Positions 23,783 to 36,265 of a stretch of 64,000 nt of DNA are shown here, piece by piece. Origin of the DNA: Takakia lepidozioides (taxonomy: Eukaryota; Plantae; Bryophyta). A program made the translations under genes and the position numbers. The DNA is taken from NCBI GenBank assembly GCA_030704615.1, contig CM060732.1, positions 28,582,001 through 28,646,000 of the forward strand, in the 5' to 3' direction. The first letter of the stretch is position 1; every line of letters begins with the position of its first letter. Below the pieces are notes generated by a model. The model saw nothing but the letters and a program-made list of their open reading frames with translations, was not told the DNA's origin and ran no database searches.

Positions 23783-25468
23783 CTACATTGCGAACTCTGA
23801 GAAGAAATCAGGGCCTCCTATACTCATGTCAACAGTAACTTTATCCCGGGTCATTGCCCTCATTGCCTGAGCTTCCACGATGTCTCTGGCACGTTTGCTT
23901 AAACTTCGATATGGTGACACCGGTAATGGCATGTCACCCTCGACCGATCTGAATCCCTCATGTGCCTGTACATCTGCCATCTCCTTTGCAAATACATCAC
24001 ATGAATCCGCGCCGTCATCCGGGACCTCGTTGCCGCTCACTTCTTCAGTGGACGAGGACAGTACAGTTGTCTCGGGATTCTTGCCCTCAATGTTATTATG
24101 TATGGCCTGTGTGTGGCAGGCCAGTTCTCCCCCTGCTTGTTCAGCTGGTGGCTCTCGACCTTGCTCTATTTGTTTGGTCTCCTGATCCATGATAGTGGTC
24201 TTGTTGTCGTCATCCTCATCGTCTTTCTCATCGTCATCCTCTTTCTCCCCTTCCTCATTATTTTCATTTCCGTCTCTCGTTTCATTAACGTCTTCATCTT
24301 CCTTTTCGCTTTCCTAGTCTTTCACTTTGTAACTGTCTGATCCATTATCATCGTCATCCTTGTCTACTTGATTCTCGAGCACATCTTCTGTGCTATCACC
24401 AAATTTGCGCCCACCTTCTTCCCACAATTTTTTTTTTTTTGAAATGATTAATGTCAAGGACTCGTACGTTCCTAGCCTACAAAACATAAGAAGAGCTGGG
24501 TTAGAATTAACCTCGAGTGATCGTGCGAGGTTCGACATATGTGTTGTGTATTAAAAGTGAATTTGCTTACGTGGAGTGTCAATGTCAGCATGACTCCTCT
24601 AAATAGATTTACCGCCGACATTTTTTCCCTGCAGAACAAAGACTCAATATAGTCGTACGACTTTGCCCGCAGTTCGTGTTTATAGGCGGCACATTCCTTC
24701 TCCTGTTCTGTGAGCTCCGTATCTAGACCCTCTATCACAGCTGGTGTAATAGGGCTGACCATGAAGACAGTCTGGATGTGTTCGTCGGCATTCTCCATCT
24801 GGGCAGCTGATGTCGGAAATACGTTATAGTCAGGGCATATCACTGGCCTGGCAAAGTTTTTTGTGCTGCTCTTATAATTAGTCTCAGACTCGCCAGGAAG
24901 ATACAACCCCTGAAGCAGAAGATATTTCTTCTGACCCTCCCCAAACCGTATGTAAGAGACAAGATTGGCAGAGGATATCTGTGTTGAGAAGAAGACAAAT
25001 GCATTACTGTTCAGTTGCTGGTCGAAGAATGCATCCAAAATCACCGGTAATTCCTTGCCTGGAATACGACGGTGTTGTTGTCACAGACTGTATTGACAAA
25101 CACCATTGCAATATTCTCGAAATCCTTCTTTCTCATAATCTTCCAACTGACTTTTTTGCGTCGCTGAACTTCGCCTTCCCTACTATTAATTGATAATGGG
25201 ACTTAAAGGTCTCATTGAGATTGTCTATTTTGTTCTTCCTATCCTCGACGCTTTTCTTGCATGAAAGCACGTACTTGATGAACGCATCACTCACAAGCTC
25301 GGTCTTCATGTTCATTTTTATTTTGCTCATCATGTAGGGCTTCCCGAGTTTCTAACGGTTCAAGGTGTCGAATTCCAATTTGTTGAACTTGTATCTCTTC
25401 TTCACTGCAAGCCATTCTGCTTTAGTATACGGCTATGGGTGTTGTTTGCTCCTGGGATTATAGCCCAA
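23783..25468 (-). pseudogene. Decayed long ORF of the older host element (acidic low-complexity tract plus a possible methyltransferase-like segment)
   Basis: Chain of minus-strand frames (25133-25333, 24472-25044, 24314-24538, 23783-24190) with TAG/TAA lesions. The function assignment is speculative. Confidence 0.4.
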
Positions 25469-28256
25469 TGATGAGCCTCGTCGCGCGCACAATCGCGAAA
25501 GGAAAAAAGACGACGTCGATCCGAGGCCTAGAGTCCGGTGACGAGGTGGGTTAGGCTCAAAAACCGCCCACCCGTGAGATGTGTCGCTAAGCTTGGCGGA
25601 GGGTCAACGGTCGATGGAGGGAATTCTTCTCGCTATTCTAAACTACCAGCCAACACAGGGTCCAACTCCCATGCTTGCGGGGCAAAATTCGTTCGTGTCT
25701 CCTACGGACTCTACTCCTAACTAATTGTCTTCCAAGACTTCTTTATTAGCATTAACACGGCTTCATCCCGGAGCTATCAATGTTCCCGGAAGGTCCTCTT
25801 CGTCTAGAGTGACTTCTTCCGAAAGCCTCTACACAGCGTTAAGGACAAGCCGCTTAGGTCGGGGTTGCTTCACAAACACGCTCTCTCGGATCGCACGTGT
25901 GTGCAAAGGGGCCGCCAGCGTTCCCGCTATCCGGAGGGGAGAGCATACCCTAGCCTAGAAGAAGAGTGCTTTATTGGACAATATCCCAATTTCCCGCTAA
26001 TTTTTAGGGCTCATGGCTCCTTTCTAGAAATAGAGTTCAATAAAGAAAATGGGAAACATATTATCCTAGGCAAGCTTTTATAATTAGGAAATAGAAATAA
26101 AAATCCTAGATTTAATTACCTCTATTCCTATTTTCTGGTAATTTTCTAAGCAGAAAACCCCTTTAAAGCTAATTACTTTAGGCTGGAAATTCGCATTAGG
26201 TAGGAGTTTATTTGAGCTTTCCAATGACCTATGGCTTGGCCTCTAGATAATTCACTAACCCCTTTTATCATTGCCCAAAATCCTTTATCATGGTGAGGGA
26301 ACCATAGGGGATCCGAATGGCCCTATAGGTCAAAACACCCCCCTAGGCCCTTAATAAACAACCCTAGCCCCTAGGTCTCAAGTTCAAATCTCCTTAGAGC
26401 TGGACTGGTTTCTCATCCAACGGATGAAAAAACTGATTTTTTCATCCACTGTTCGTCCATGCAATTGGATGAAAAATTGCATTCCTCATCCTCTCTTCAT
26501 CCACCGTTCATCCATCCCGCAGATGAAATATTGCTTATTTCATCCACCATCATCCATTCGTAAGAAAATCAACTCAAGGACACATGCCGGTCCCTCGGTC
26601 GTCTCTCTCGTTTGGAACCCCAATGATCCTTGGGTCAAATTCTATGGACTTTCTTTCCTCTTTCTTTCGCGGAGGTGTCTCATGTTGCCCCGCAAAGCCA
26701 TTTCGGCTCCAAATAATTTCCTATGACTCTAAACGACGGCACCGAGGTGACCTTAGCAGCCCTCTTAACTTCAAGATTAGCCAGTAAAAACTACCCCCAA
26801 TGCACCATCCCTGACCCTCATGCTCTATTAACCTCACTCAAAAGATTAAAGTGGTCACCCCAATATCTTAGGCCGTCGCGATATCCAGTGGTTAAAACCG
26901 ATACCCCACGGCTAGCGCCACGCGGCGCGGCGTTACTGGCCCGCCGCCGGCGCGGGTCCAGTGGGTAATAGCAGGCTCCCGTCGTCTCTGCCGCTCGTGT
27001 CGTACCTCTGCGGGCCCAGCTATGGCGCCTGATGCTACCACGTAATGTACTAGCAACCTGTACTTTGCTCCAGGGGTCAACTCCCCTCATGGGGGAAGGC
27101 CGCGCCACCCGTGTTAGATGCGCATTTCCATGGCGATTCTAGACAACCTCCTTGGTTGACCTCCAGCCTAGAGGCGCCGACACTTTAGTGCTGGGCTCTG
27201 CCTTTTTTGGCAGATCTCTACAAAATAGCTTAACCACTTATAAAGCTAGTTAGCACTGCCTCCCATGGTCATCCATGGCCATGGGGCTTATGAACATGTA
27301 AATGGACTTAATAATATGAAAATTTTGGCGATAGCTTCGCCGTCTCATGCAATATGGCCGTTGCCTTTAAGCTAGAAATGGAACTTTGACAAGAGTTTTG
27401 TTACTTCATGCAAGCTTGCCTTCTCCTTAAACTTAATAATGGACATCTACCATCACTTCCCTGACGTCATTGGGTTAGATTCCTAAAGGCCCTGTCTCTT
27501 TGGGCTTCACACCTATACTCATCACACATGTACATAAAGCTTCACACACATCATCTTTGAAAGAGGGTTAGTTTTTATAAATTTCTAGCAAACAATGCTA
27601 TAAAGTCCCTTCTTGGGAAAGTTTAAACAACACGGAACAATTGAATTCAGAGGTCAACATAATATGATAAGTCACCCTCTGAAACAAGTGAAGCTCGGGA
27701 TGCACTAAATCGTTCGGTAGAATGGTACTCAAATCTGGTCCTCCTCGTCCTTAAGTCTCCCACTTCATGGAGTGCTTTCTCTACTTCTTGCCTCACATGG
27801 CCACAAGGCCTTGAGCTAGGACTATCCCGCTCTCACTATGCTTGCTTTTACTACTAGAGAGCCACAAGCTCAACCCTCTAGGATCTAACTCCCTCAAGCT
27901 CAAAACTAACTACACAAGCAAGAGGCCAAAGCAAAGAAATGAGTCTAGATGAAGAACAAGAAGAACTTGCTCTTCTTTTATTGTGTTTTTGGGGCCTCTA
28001 AAACCAGTGAAGGATAGTCTTAAACTATTATTTCCTACATGAGTTTATAATTTTAAAATGATAGAACACGATAAACTAATAACATTGGATGGAAAACCTT
28101 GGAAATAATGATAAATGTGGTTTTTTCATCCATCCAGCTCTCAGGTCGAAATTCCCTTTTTCATCCATTGGATGAGCTAGAATTCCATTTAATCGCCCTT
28201 CGTAAATGCCTCCGACTTGATAATTTGATGTCGTCTTTCATCACCTTGATAAATCA
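25469..28256. mobile_element. Probable solo LTR (~2.8 kb)
   Basis: TGAT...ATCA termini with flanks CCCAA and CCGAA (4 of 5 match). Excision rejoins a degenerate minus-strand frame (FVTKFGYNPRSKQHP). Confidence 0.45.
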
Positions 28257-29079
28257 CCGAACTTGGTGACAAATTATAATTAGATGCCCCGTAGCTGCCC
28301 GTAAATTCTCAGGGGAATCGGGGAAGAAAAACCAATCATTTCGCTGGTTTCGCCATATAGGCAGTTTGCCGCTTCCTGGTAGTTAAAATACTGGTGGTTC
28401 CCCAGGGGGTCTTTGGCCCTGCCACTGGGTCACAGTTCATCTGGAGTTCCCTCCTACTTAATTTGCATCACTGAGGAGTTCAAAACTTCACCGGGAAGCT
28501 CCTTCACCCGTCGTTTGTTCCGATGCAGCATTTGCTTTGTCGCGATATTTCATCGCTATACAGATTGTTTCCTCCAATTGCCAAGACTCCTTGCCGTGTG
28601 CTCCTACTGGACTTGAAAGGCGGGAGAATAGAGAGATCGCAATCCGGGACTGGAATAGTCGTCATGTATTGTTTCGAACATGTGCATATTGTCGTTACTG
28701 GTACCGAATTGACAGCCTAGTTCGCTGTCGATGCAGCGTCCTAGGGTCATTTTGACGTCAGAGCTTTTCTTCATGGTCGTCACAGATATGATCTAAGTTC
28801 ATACGTGCTTTACCAGCGATTCCCAGATAACTCGCAAATTGCCCTACTTTGGCAGTACAATGCCTAAACTGTCTGCCTTAAGATAAAAAATGATCTGAAA
28901 AGAAATTTGTATCAATATATGCATCTACAGATATATGCACCGTTCATTATGGAAGAAAAGACACAGTTGAAGCTCGCGTGGTCACAAGTGGTTCCAAGAG
29001 TTGGGGGTCACCTGACAGAGACTAATGCGGTCTTTCTCGATGGTGCAACAACATTGCCTCCAAACCCACATGTGGTCTC

Positions 29080-29701
29080 CGAGAGCAGAAACGGATGTTG
29101 CTGGTCTTAAGTGTCAATGGTCTTCTGTGCTACCGGCCACCTCCTACGGGAGGTGAGGTTCCACCTGAGGAAAATTATTATTCGTGTGCCTGCAAGACCT
29201 TTTGTGGTGCCAAGACCTGTTTCTAAGACTTGTATTGACTCATTTTCATGTTGCGATTTGATCATGCATCAAGAGAGATACTCTTTTCAAAATGTTGGAG
29301 TGTTTCATTCCCCCGGAGATTATGAAAAAAAATCCTTAATTTGGTCTGCGAAGCATTGCAAAGATATAACTGAACATATTAAGCCTAGAATGAAATATCA
29401 TATTAAAAATATTAAGAGTATTCTAGTCAAGTTTCCTGGGAGAGATATTGCTAAGCATGGGCAAATTCTCCTGGTGGATGATGACCCATCCAAGGCTCTA
29501 AGAAACCCAGTGAATACAAGATTCTTCCCAATCACATTCAAGGAATCAAATACTGACGATGATTTGGTTGACATCACTAAAGCAATGTGGCATTCTATCT
29601 CTGGCATGGTTGGTGCCCCGTCCGTTGTTCATTATGTCAGCGAGAACTCCTCCACATCCTCCAGCCCACCTATTGATCGACATCAAGTCTACTGGTCCTA
29701 G
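29080..29701 (+). pseudogene. Degenerate FCP1/NIF-like domain, copy 3
   Basis: QKRMLLVLSVNGLLCY (motif I with Ser in place of Asp) and QILLVDDDPSKALRNPVNTRFFP...DDDL. Confidence 0.6.
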
Positions 29702-30952
29702 TTTGGAAAATACATTGATCATTCTCTTTGGCACCCACCACAAAAGGAACCCGATTATCTCGGTATGTATTTAACATTGCCGAATATATTGACATTGTGT
29801 ATTGCACGTAATTGTTGTTTACTTTTTACGAATTTTATGCGCAAAACCTCCATTTGATCTTTGACGTATATTGACTTGACATGACATTTCCTGAAATTCA
29901 ATGTTATCTGTGGATTTACTCTAACAATTCTTGGCTGAGCTGCTTTCGCACAGTATTATTCAAGTGTCAAGTGAGGAATAAAATTTGACAGGAGAAAAAA
30001 GAAGATCGAGAGCGGAAGACGGAGCAGAAGGCCCACGAGCTTCAAGGGCATCAAGGTCATCAAGTACAGCTACAAGTCATATTTCTGATGATATGTTCGA
30101 TCAACCTCCGAATGTATCTATTTCCTCGGGTGCTTGGAGTGCATCAAGCAGTGTTAACCAACAGCGACTTCGCACATATGCCTTGAGTCTGAGCCGTTTG
30201 GGAGGAAACTCTATACTTTTGATGAATTAGACTATCGGATATGTGTCTTGAAACGATCACAGATTTTAGTCCTCAAGATCATGAACCTCCACTGGCCAGC
30301 GACCGGTCCGTTCTTTCTCTCACTATTGCGCGAACAATGGGGCATGTGATAATCGCAACCACTTCAACAAATTGCTTCAGTGCGAGCCGTTTAGGAGGAG
30401 GTTATACGTTATGAATGACTTAGAGTGCTATATTCAATACTAGTCGCATATGAGTTTCAAACTCGTGACACATTATTTTCCATTACAGATGAACCTCCAC
30501 TGGTCACCCTTATTTGATTGAGTATTTCGCGGCATTGCGCTGCGAGACTTATTTAAATTGACGTCCTTATGAAATAAAACATGAATGTTTGTCATGAATG
30601 TCTCCGCATACTCTTTCTTTTCATGTCATGGTATTTTGTCATTGTGCCATGTTTGGTTCACGTATGTGATTGGTATTTGTGGCTACCTTTAATAAAATAT
30701 TTTGGTTCATCCTCAAAACATGGCGTGGTTCAATACATCATCTAATTTCTCTCATTCAACTCTTCCGAAACGTCGAGTGGACAGTGGAAGTTGCTTTACG
30801 AACCGAATATATATTGGTTTTTCTTCCAAAGTTTGTAAATAATATTGTTTTTAATTCCCCATATTATATATTAATAGATAAAGAGTTATCTATATTCGTA
30901 CATTTATGTTTAAAATGATTTAAATTAATGATTTATTATTTAAAAAACATAT

Positions 30953-31495
30953 TCATATTTTTCTCGTTATTTCTTGACCAAATTTAAGTGCAGAATTACT
31001 TAAAATTGTGTTTAAACCATCACGGACATGGATACACGCATCATACTGAACATTTATTTGCCTATTTGAGCTTCGATCTTCAGTGGAGCATCTTCCTGCC
31101 TCCGAATGCAGAATGATAAGCTCCTCATGACCAGCATCAATTGGCGTGGATTCAAGCAAAGAGCGTCGGCGACAATTGTTCCAAGCCAAACTCCCGTCAT
31201 TGTTTGCGACATTGTTTTGTATGTCGTAGGAGGTATCCTCATTGGTGCCATCTACCTTCTTGCAACGAGCATAAACAAAGAATCCCGATCCACGTATCAG
31301 GTTAGTTCCTTCTGAGGTGCATGACGCCAAGAAATCGGATCCCTGCACCGAGTTCCCATTGTTGTTGCCTAGAAAGGGATTGAGATCTAAAAAAGAAATC
31401 ACGCTATGTCCATTTCTATTTGTGCAAGAGGCTGAGAGGACGTTTCCCGAGATATATATAGATGTTATGTCGCAAGATGCAGTAAATTCACCACA
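30953..31495 (-). CDS. Cyanovirin-N homologue (CVNH) lectin, exon 2
   Basis: Two CVNH half-repeats: CGEFTASC..LSASC..LDLNPFLGNNNG and FLASC..YARC..YDIQNNVANNDGSL. Acceptor acag|TGT at 31495. Confidence 0.85.
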   Translation of the reverse strand, partial: CGEFTASCDITSIYISGNVLSASCTNRNGHSVISFLDLNPFLGNNNGNSVQGSDFLASCTSEGTNLIRGSGFFVYARCKKVDGTNEDTSYDIQNNVANNDGSLAWNNCRRRSLLESTPIDAGHEELIILHSEAGRCSTEDRSSNRQINVQYDACIHVRDGLNTILSNSALKFGQEITRKI

Positions 31496-32064
31496 CTGTG
31501 TTGAACGCCACCACATACACACATCCTTGAATTAATCATTTGTATCTTCGTCCGTTGGACAGTGGAACAGTAAATGCACAAATCAAAATTACGATGCATA
31601 TTGGGGGAAATTTGTCATTCCAACAGCACAAATCCAAATGCTCAAGTGATGTAGGCGGTATGAGTTCGTCAAAGTTGATCGAAAAGTGCCATAGGTATAT
31701 CACCTACAGCACCATACCGAGACCCTACCCTATATAAATTGATGACACCGAACTCCAAAAACACCCACAATAATGGATAGGGTGATTATCGAGGATCCAC
31801 TACAAGATATGAAGATGAGTGCAAACCATGAGCATGCCGAGGAAACAGCTAGCTCATGTGGAACAGTGAAAGAATCAAGAGCACTGGGCAATCACGGAAT
31901 CACGGGTTCCTAGAGCAGATTAGAACTCCACAACGTACGATAAGCAATGACAACAATTCCTAGTTCATCAACTAGCTGCACTGATACGTCTGGTCGAATA
32001 ATATCAACAACAACAAAACACATAAGGGAGGACGTGACAATTTCCACTTGTTGCAGACACTTAC

Positions 32065-32151
32065 TATTGCTTGAGCTCTGTTGAGCATTGCCAGTATACA
32101 AAGAAGCCCCGACGTAGCTAGAACCGCCATCTTTTGCGATGAATTAGCCAT
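32065..32151 (-). CDS. CVNH lectin exon 1 (signal peptide)
   Basis: MANSSQKMAVLATSGLLCILAMLNRAQAI followed by a GTAAGT donor. Phase 0 matches exon 2. AQA is a plausible signal-peptidase site. Confidence 0.8.
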
Positions 32152-33317
32152 GATATTGATCTTTGCTAGGAGCTTACGTCGATCACTGGAGACCGATGCT
32201 TGCGACGGTAGTATAATATCCCACTCGCGAAGATGGCCTTACATCATACTCATGTGGTGTCTCGATGGTGCCTGCAAAGAAAGTTGCTAGTGCTGAATCC
32301 TCGGCAGTGTTGAGATGGGTAGTCCTGCAACACTGAGTATCGTGATTGATGATGCAGCGTCCTTTCTCTCCCGTCTTATTCTATACTAGGGTGTCCCTTC
32401 ACTGGAAGTTAAAGAAATTTTATCTTTATCTCCCGTCTTGCTCGGGCCTCGCGGGAGTAGGTTACTTTCTTACCCCCAAACTGGTCTGTCCTGACGTCAT
32501 TACTCGGGACCAGCCATTAATCGTTAATCGCCAGATTTCGACCTCGCCTGGGTGCCTGCCGACACAAGTAACGGAAATGAGGTTGAAAAAGCAATTAAAA
32601 AAAATCAGGGATTTTGCCAAAAGCTGATTTGATGGGCCCACCATTCGCCAGAGGGGCCGGAGGAGGGAGGCACATGTCACCATATTGAAGAGAGGCATTT
32701 TATAACGGAGGAGCCAGATCCCACCGACCACCTGTAGGACATCGCCCAATTGCGAGTAGGTGGCGTGGAGCGAGCTATGCTGTCCATTTTCCTACATATA
32801 TATATATGTAAATATACTATGTATAGACATTTACAATGTTTATTGTTGGCTTGGGGATAGAGAGTAGAGAATTCCAGAACAACAATAGAGGAAAATGCCC
32901 CTCGACTCAATGAGTAGCATCACCGCCAGGCTACGGCAATGCGTGCAGCGCCGCCTGCAAGATGGTGGAAGTGTTGGCGCTGGCAACATGAGCGACAGCA
33001 GTTCGGCCAAGGGAGGCCTACACACGACTCATATACAACCAGGCGTTTTGCAACATTGGGCCCCACACTAGTCATGAGACCTCGTTCAGCTCGTCTGTGA
33101 AGCTAAACTCCCGTCCCCATGATATTCTCCTTTCCTCTAGGGTTCGGTACTGACACAAGGATATAAGCTCACCAGAACGTGCTTTGCCGTTATCAATTCG
33201 AGAGGACACAAGGCTAGTACCAATCATAAACCGCTATAGAGCATCAAGAGAAGTTCATCCAAACACATGAGCATATCCAAGTACACTGGCAAGTTTAGCA
33301 CACAAAACATCCTTGCT

Positions 33318-35945
33318 TATGGTAGGGAGGCTCTGGAGATCTATGAGCAAATGATACTGGAAGGGGTGATACCCGACAGGGTCACGTTTACTCTGCTAAT
33401 GAAGGCACCTTCTTCAACACATTTCACCCTGTTTGGAGTGAGTTTGACATGATACTGCCAATGTGACAACAGGAAGTATGCAGAAACATGTAACAGAGAC
33501 GAGGAGAAGTTGTGGAATGAATACTTTTCTGACCTATCATTGTGGAGACAACTTGTATGCTAAATGTAAGTGTTTGACAATGTAACTCAACGAGATGTGG
33601 TCTCTTGGAAGCCATGATCACGGGATATGCTCAGCATGGGTATGGTAGGGAGGCTCTGGAGATCTATGAGCAAATGATACTGGAAGGGGTGGTACCCGAA
33701 AGGGTCACGTTTACTCTGTTAATGAAGGCACCTTCTTCAACACATTTCACCCTGTTTGGAGTGAGTTTGACATGATACTGCCAATGTGACAACAGGGAAG
33801 TATGCAGAAACAGGTAACAAAGACGAGGAGAAGCTGTGGAATGAATACTTTTATGACCCCAGTCAATGGTGGGACAATCGAGGCAAGAAGATGAATGCGT
33901 GTTCGATTACAGAGAGTAGTAGATGCAATTGAGCATAGGAACTAGTGTGATAAGTTGAGTTGGGTGTTTCCTAGCACAAATCTAGGCTGTCATTGTCAGC
34001 TGATAGTAGCAAGACAAGGGTGTATGTATGATTTGTGCAGAGGCATGGATAGCTGAAGGAGCAGGGATAGTGTGTGGGTGGACAGATTCATCCAAGAGGG
34101 CCGGACTTCAAGCTCCAGATGACCTATGATTCCATGTGGATCAATAGCTACAATAAACCTGCATGGGTAGATGGTCAACTAAAGGCAGCATTTGCAGCGG
34201 CACAGTTGATAGAATCAGGCACCTCAACCATGACCACAACTTCTGAAAGAGGATCAAGAGAGGGAGTCCACAATGCCTCTTCTGGCACTTCTGGGCATGT
34301 TTGTGTGGAAGGCAGACTGACAGATCAGGCACTGCTAGTCCAGGCATTCTTCAACACATTTCAACATGTTTTTTTCCTCTTATCAGAGTAGCAGATGCAA
34401 TTGAGCATAGAAACTAGTGTGATAAGTTGAGTTGGGTGTTTCATGGTCGGTCAATCCATGGGTCATGACACAAGGTCAAGGACAATGTGGTGAGGGCACC
34501 TTCTTCTTCGACCTATTTCACCCTGTTTTTCCATCTCATCAAGCACCTCAACCATGACCACAGCTTCTGGAAGAGGATCAAGAGAGGGAGTCCAGGGAGG
34601 CTTTGGAGACCTATGAGCAAATGATGGGGGAAGGGGTGAAGCCCAACCACATCACGTTCCTTTGCATTTGCAATGCGTGTGCAAGCCGGGGAGCCCTGGA
34701 AAAGGGCAAAGAGGTCCATGATGACATCGTCAAAGCTGGAATTGTACCAGATGTCATTGTGAACACTACCCTGGTGGACATGTATGCCAAATGTGGGTGC
34801 ATTAAGGATGCAAAGGCAGTTTTGAAAGTTCAACAATATGCAGGCTGAACGAGATGTGGTGTCCTGGAGCGCGATGCTTGCAGGGTATGCACAGCAGGGA
34901 GGGGGGGGTGGAGGCTTTGGAGACCTATGAGTAAATGATGGGGGAAGGGGTGAAGCCCAACCACATCACGTTTGTGTGCGTTTGCAATGCATGCGCAAGC
35001 CTGGCAGCTCTGGAAAGGCAAAGAGGCCCATGGCGACATGGTCAGGGCTGGAATTGTACCCGATGTCATTCTGAACAATGCCCTCATGGACATATATGCC
35101 AAATGTGGGAGCATTGAGGATGTGAAGGCAGTGTTCAACAATATGGCTGAATGAAATGTGGTGTCGTGGACCGCGATGCTTGCAGGGTATGCACAGCAGG
35201 AGTGCGGGACGGAGGCTTTGGAGACCTATGAGCAAATGATGGAAAAAGGGGTGAAGCCCGACCACATCACATCTGTGGGTTTGCAAGCCTGGCAGCCCTG
35301 GAGAAGGGCAAAGAGGTGCAAGGTGACATCGTCAAAGCTGGAATTGTACCAGATGTCATTGTGAACACTACCCTGGTGGACATGTATGCCAAATGTGGGT
35401 GCATTAAGGATGCAAAGGGAGTTTTCAACACTAGGCTGAACGAAATGTGGTGTCATTGAAGACGATGCTTGCAGGGTATCCACAGCAGGGACGCGGTATG
35501 GGGGCTTTGGAGACCTATGATCAGATGATGGGGGAAGGGGTGAAGCCCAACCACATCACGTTTCCATGCATTAGCAATGCGTGTGCAAGCCTGGCAGCTC
35601 TGGAAAAAGGCAAAGAGGTCCATGGCGACATGGTCAGAGCTGCAGTTGTACCAAATGTCATTCTGAACAATACCCTCGTGGACATGTATGAAGGGAGTGT
35701 TCGACAGTATGGCTGAATGAGATGTGGTGTCGTGGAATGCGATGATTGCAGGATATGCACAGCAAGGGTGCGGGATGGAGGCTTTGGAGACCTATGAGCA
35801 AATGATGTGCGAAGGGGGTGAAGCCGGGGTGAAGCCCCACTACATGACGTTTGTTTGCATGCAATGCGCGTGCAAGCCTGGCAGCCTTTGAAAACAGCCT
35901 TTGAAAAAGTGCAAAGAGGTCCATGGTGACATTATCAAATCTGGA
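33318..35945 (+). pseudogene. Scrambled mosaic of PLS-PPR repeats and OSB-type PDF-motif exons
   Basis: EKLWNEYFYDPSQWWDNRGKK (33828-33890) and IHPRGPDFKLQMTYDSMWINSYNKPAWV (from 34086). About four degenerate PLS triplets at 34590-35945. Internal duplications. Confidence 0.85.
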
Positions 35946-36265
35946 ATATCTCTTGATGGTTGGCACCCCCACTTTTTTGCCTTGTTTTCATCCCAAGGAT
36001 ATAATAATGTACTGTACCACTGCAAGAGAGACTTTGAGGGATCTTTGAAAGCCTAAACACTTTTTCAAATCATACATCAATAAGTTCTACCATGGCCTCT
36101 ATCCCAGCTTTATGAAGAAATAAATAAATATTTTTTTCTGTTATGCAAAACATGTTTAAAATGTAGTTTAAATATGTGATTATTTTATTTTAATATAACA
36201 TTTTAAGGAATTTTTGCACTTAAGAGTTTTAGGGTGGAGCGATTACGCGACTAGCCACTTGTTTA

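Noticed and set aside
31798-31809. CACTACAAGA inside the CVNH intron as a CACTA TIR
   Set aside because: Only 10 bp, with no subterminal repeats and no partner end.
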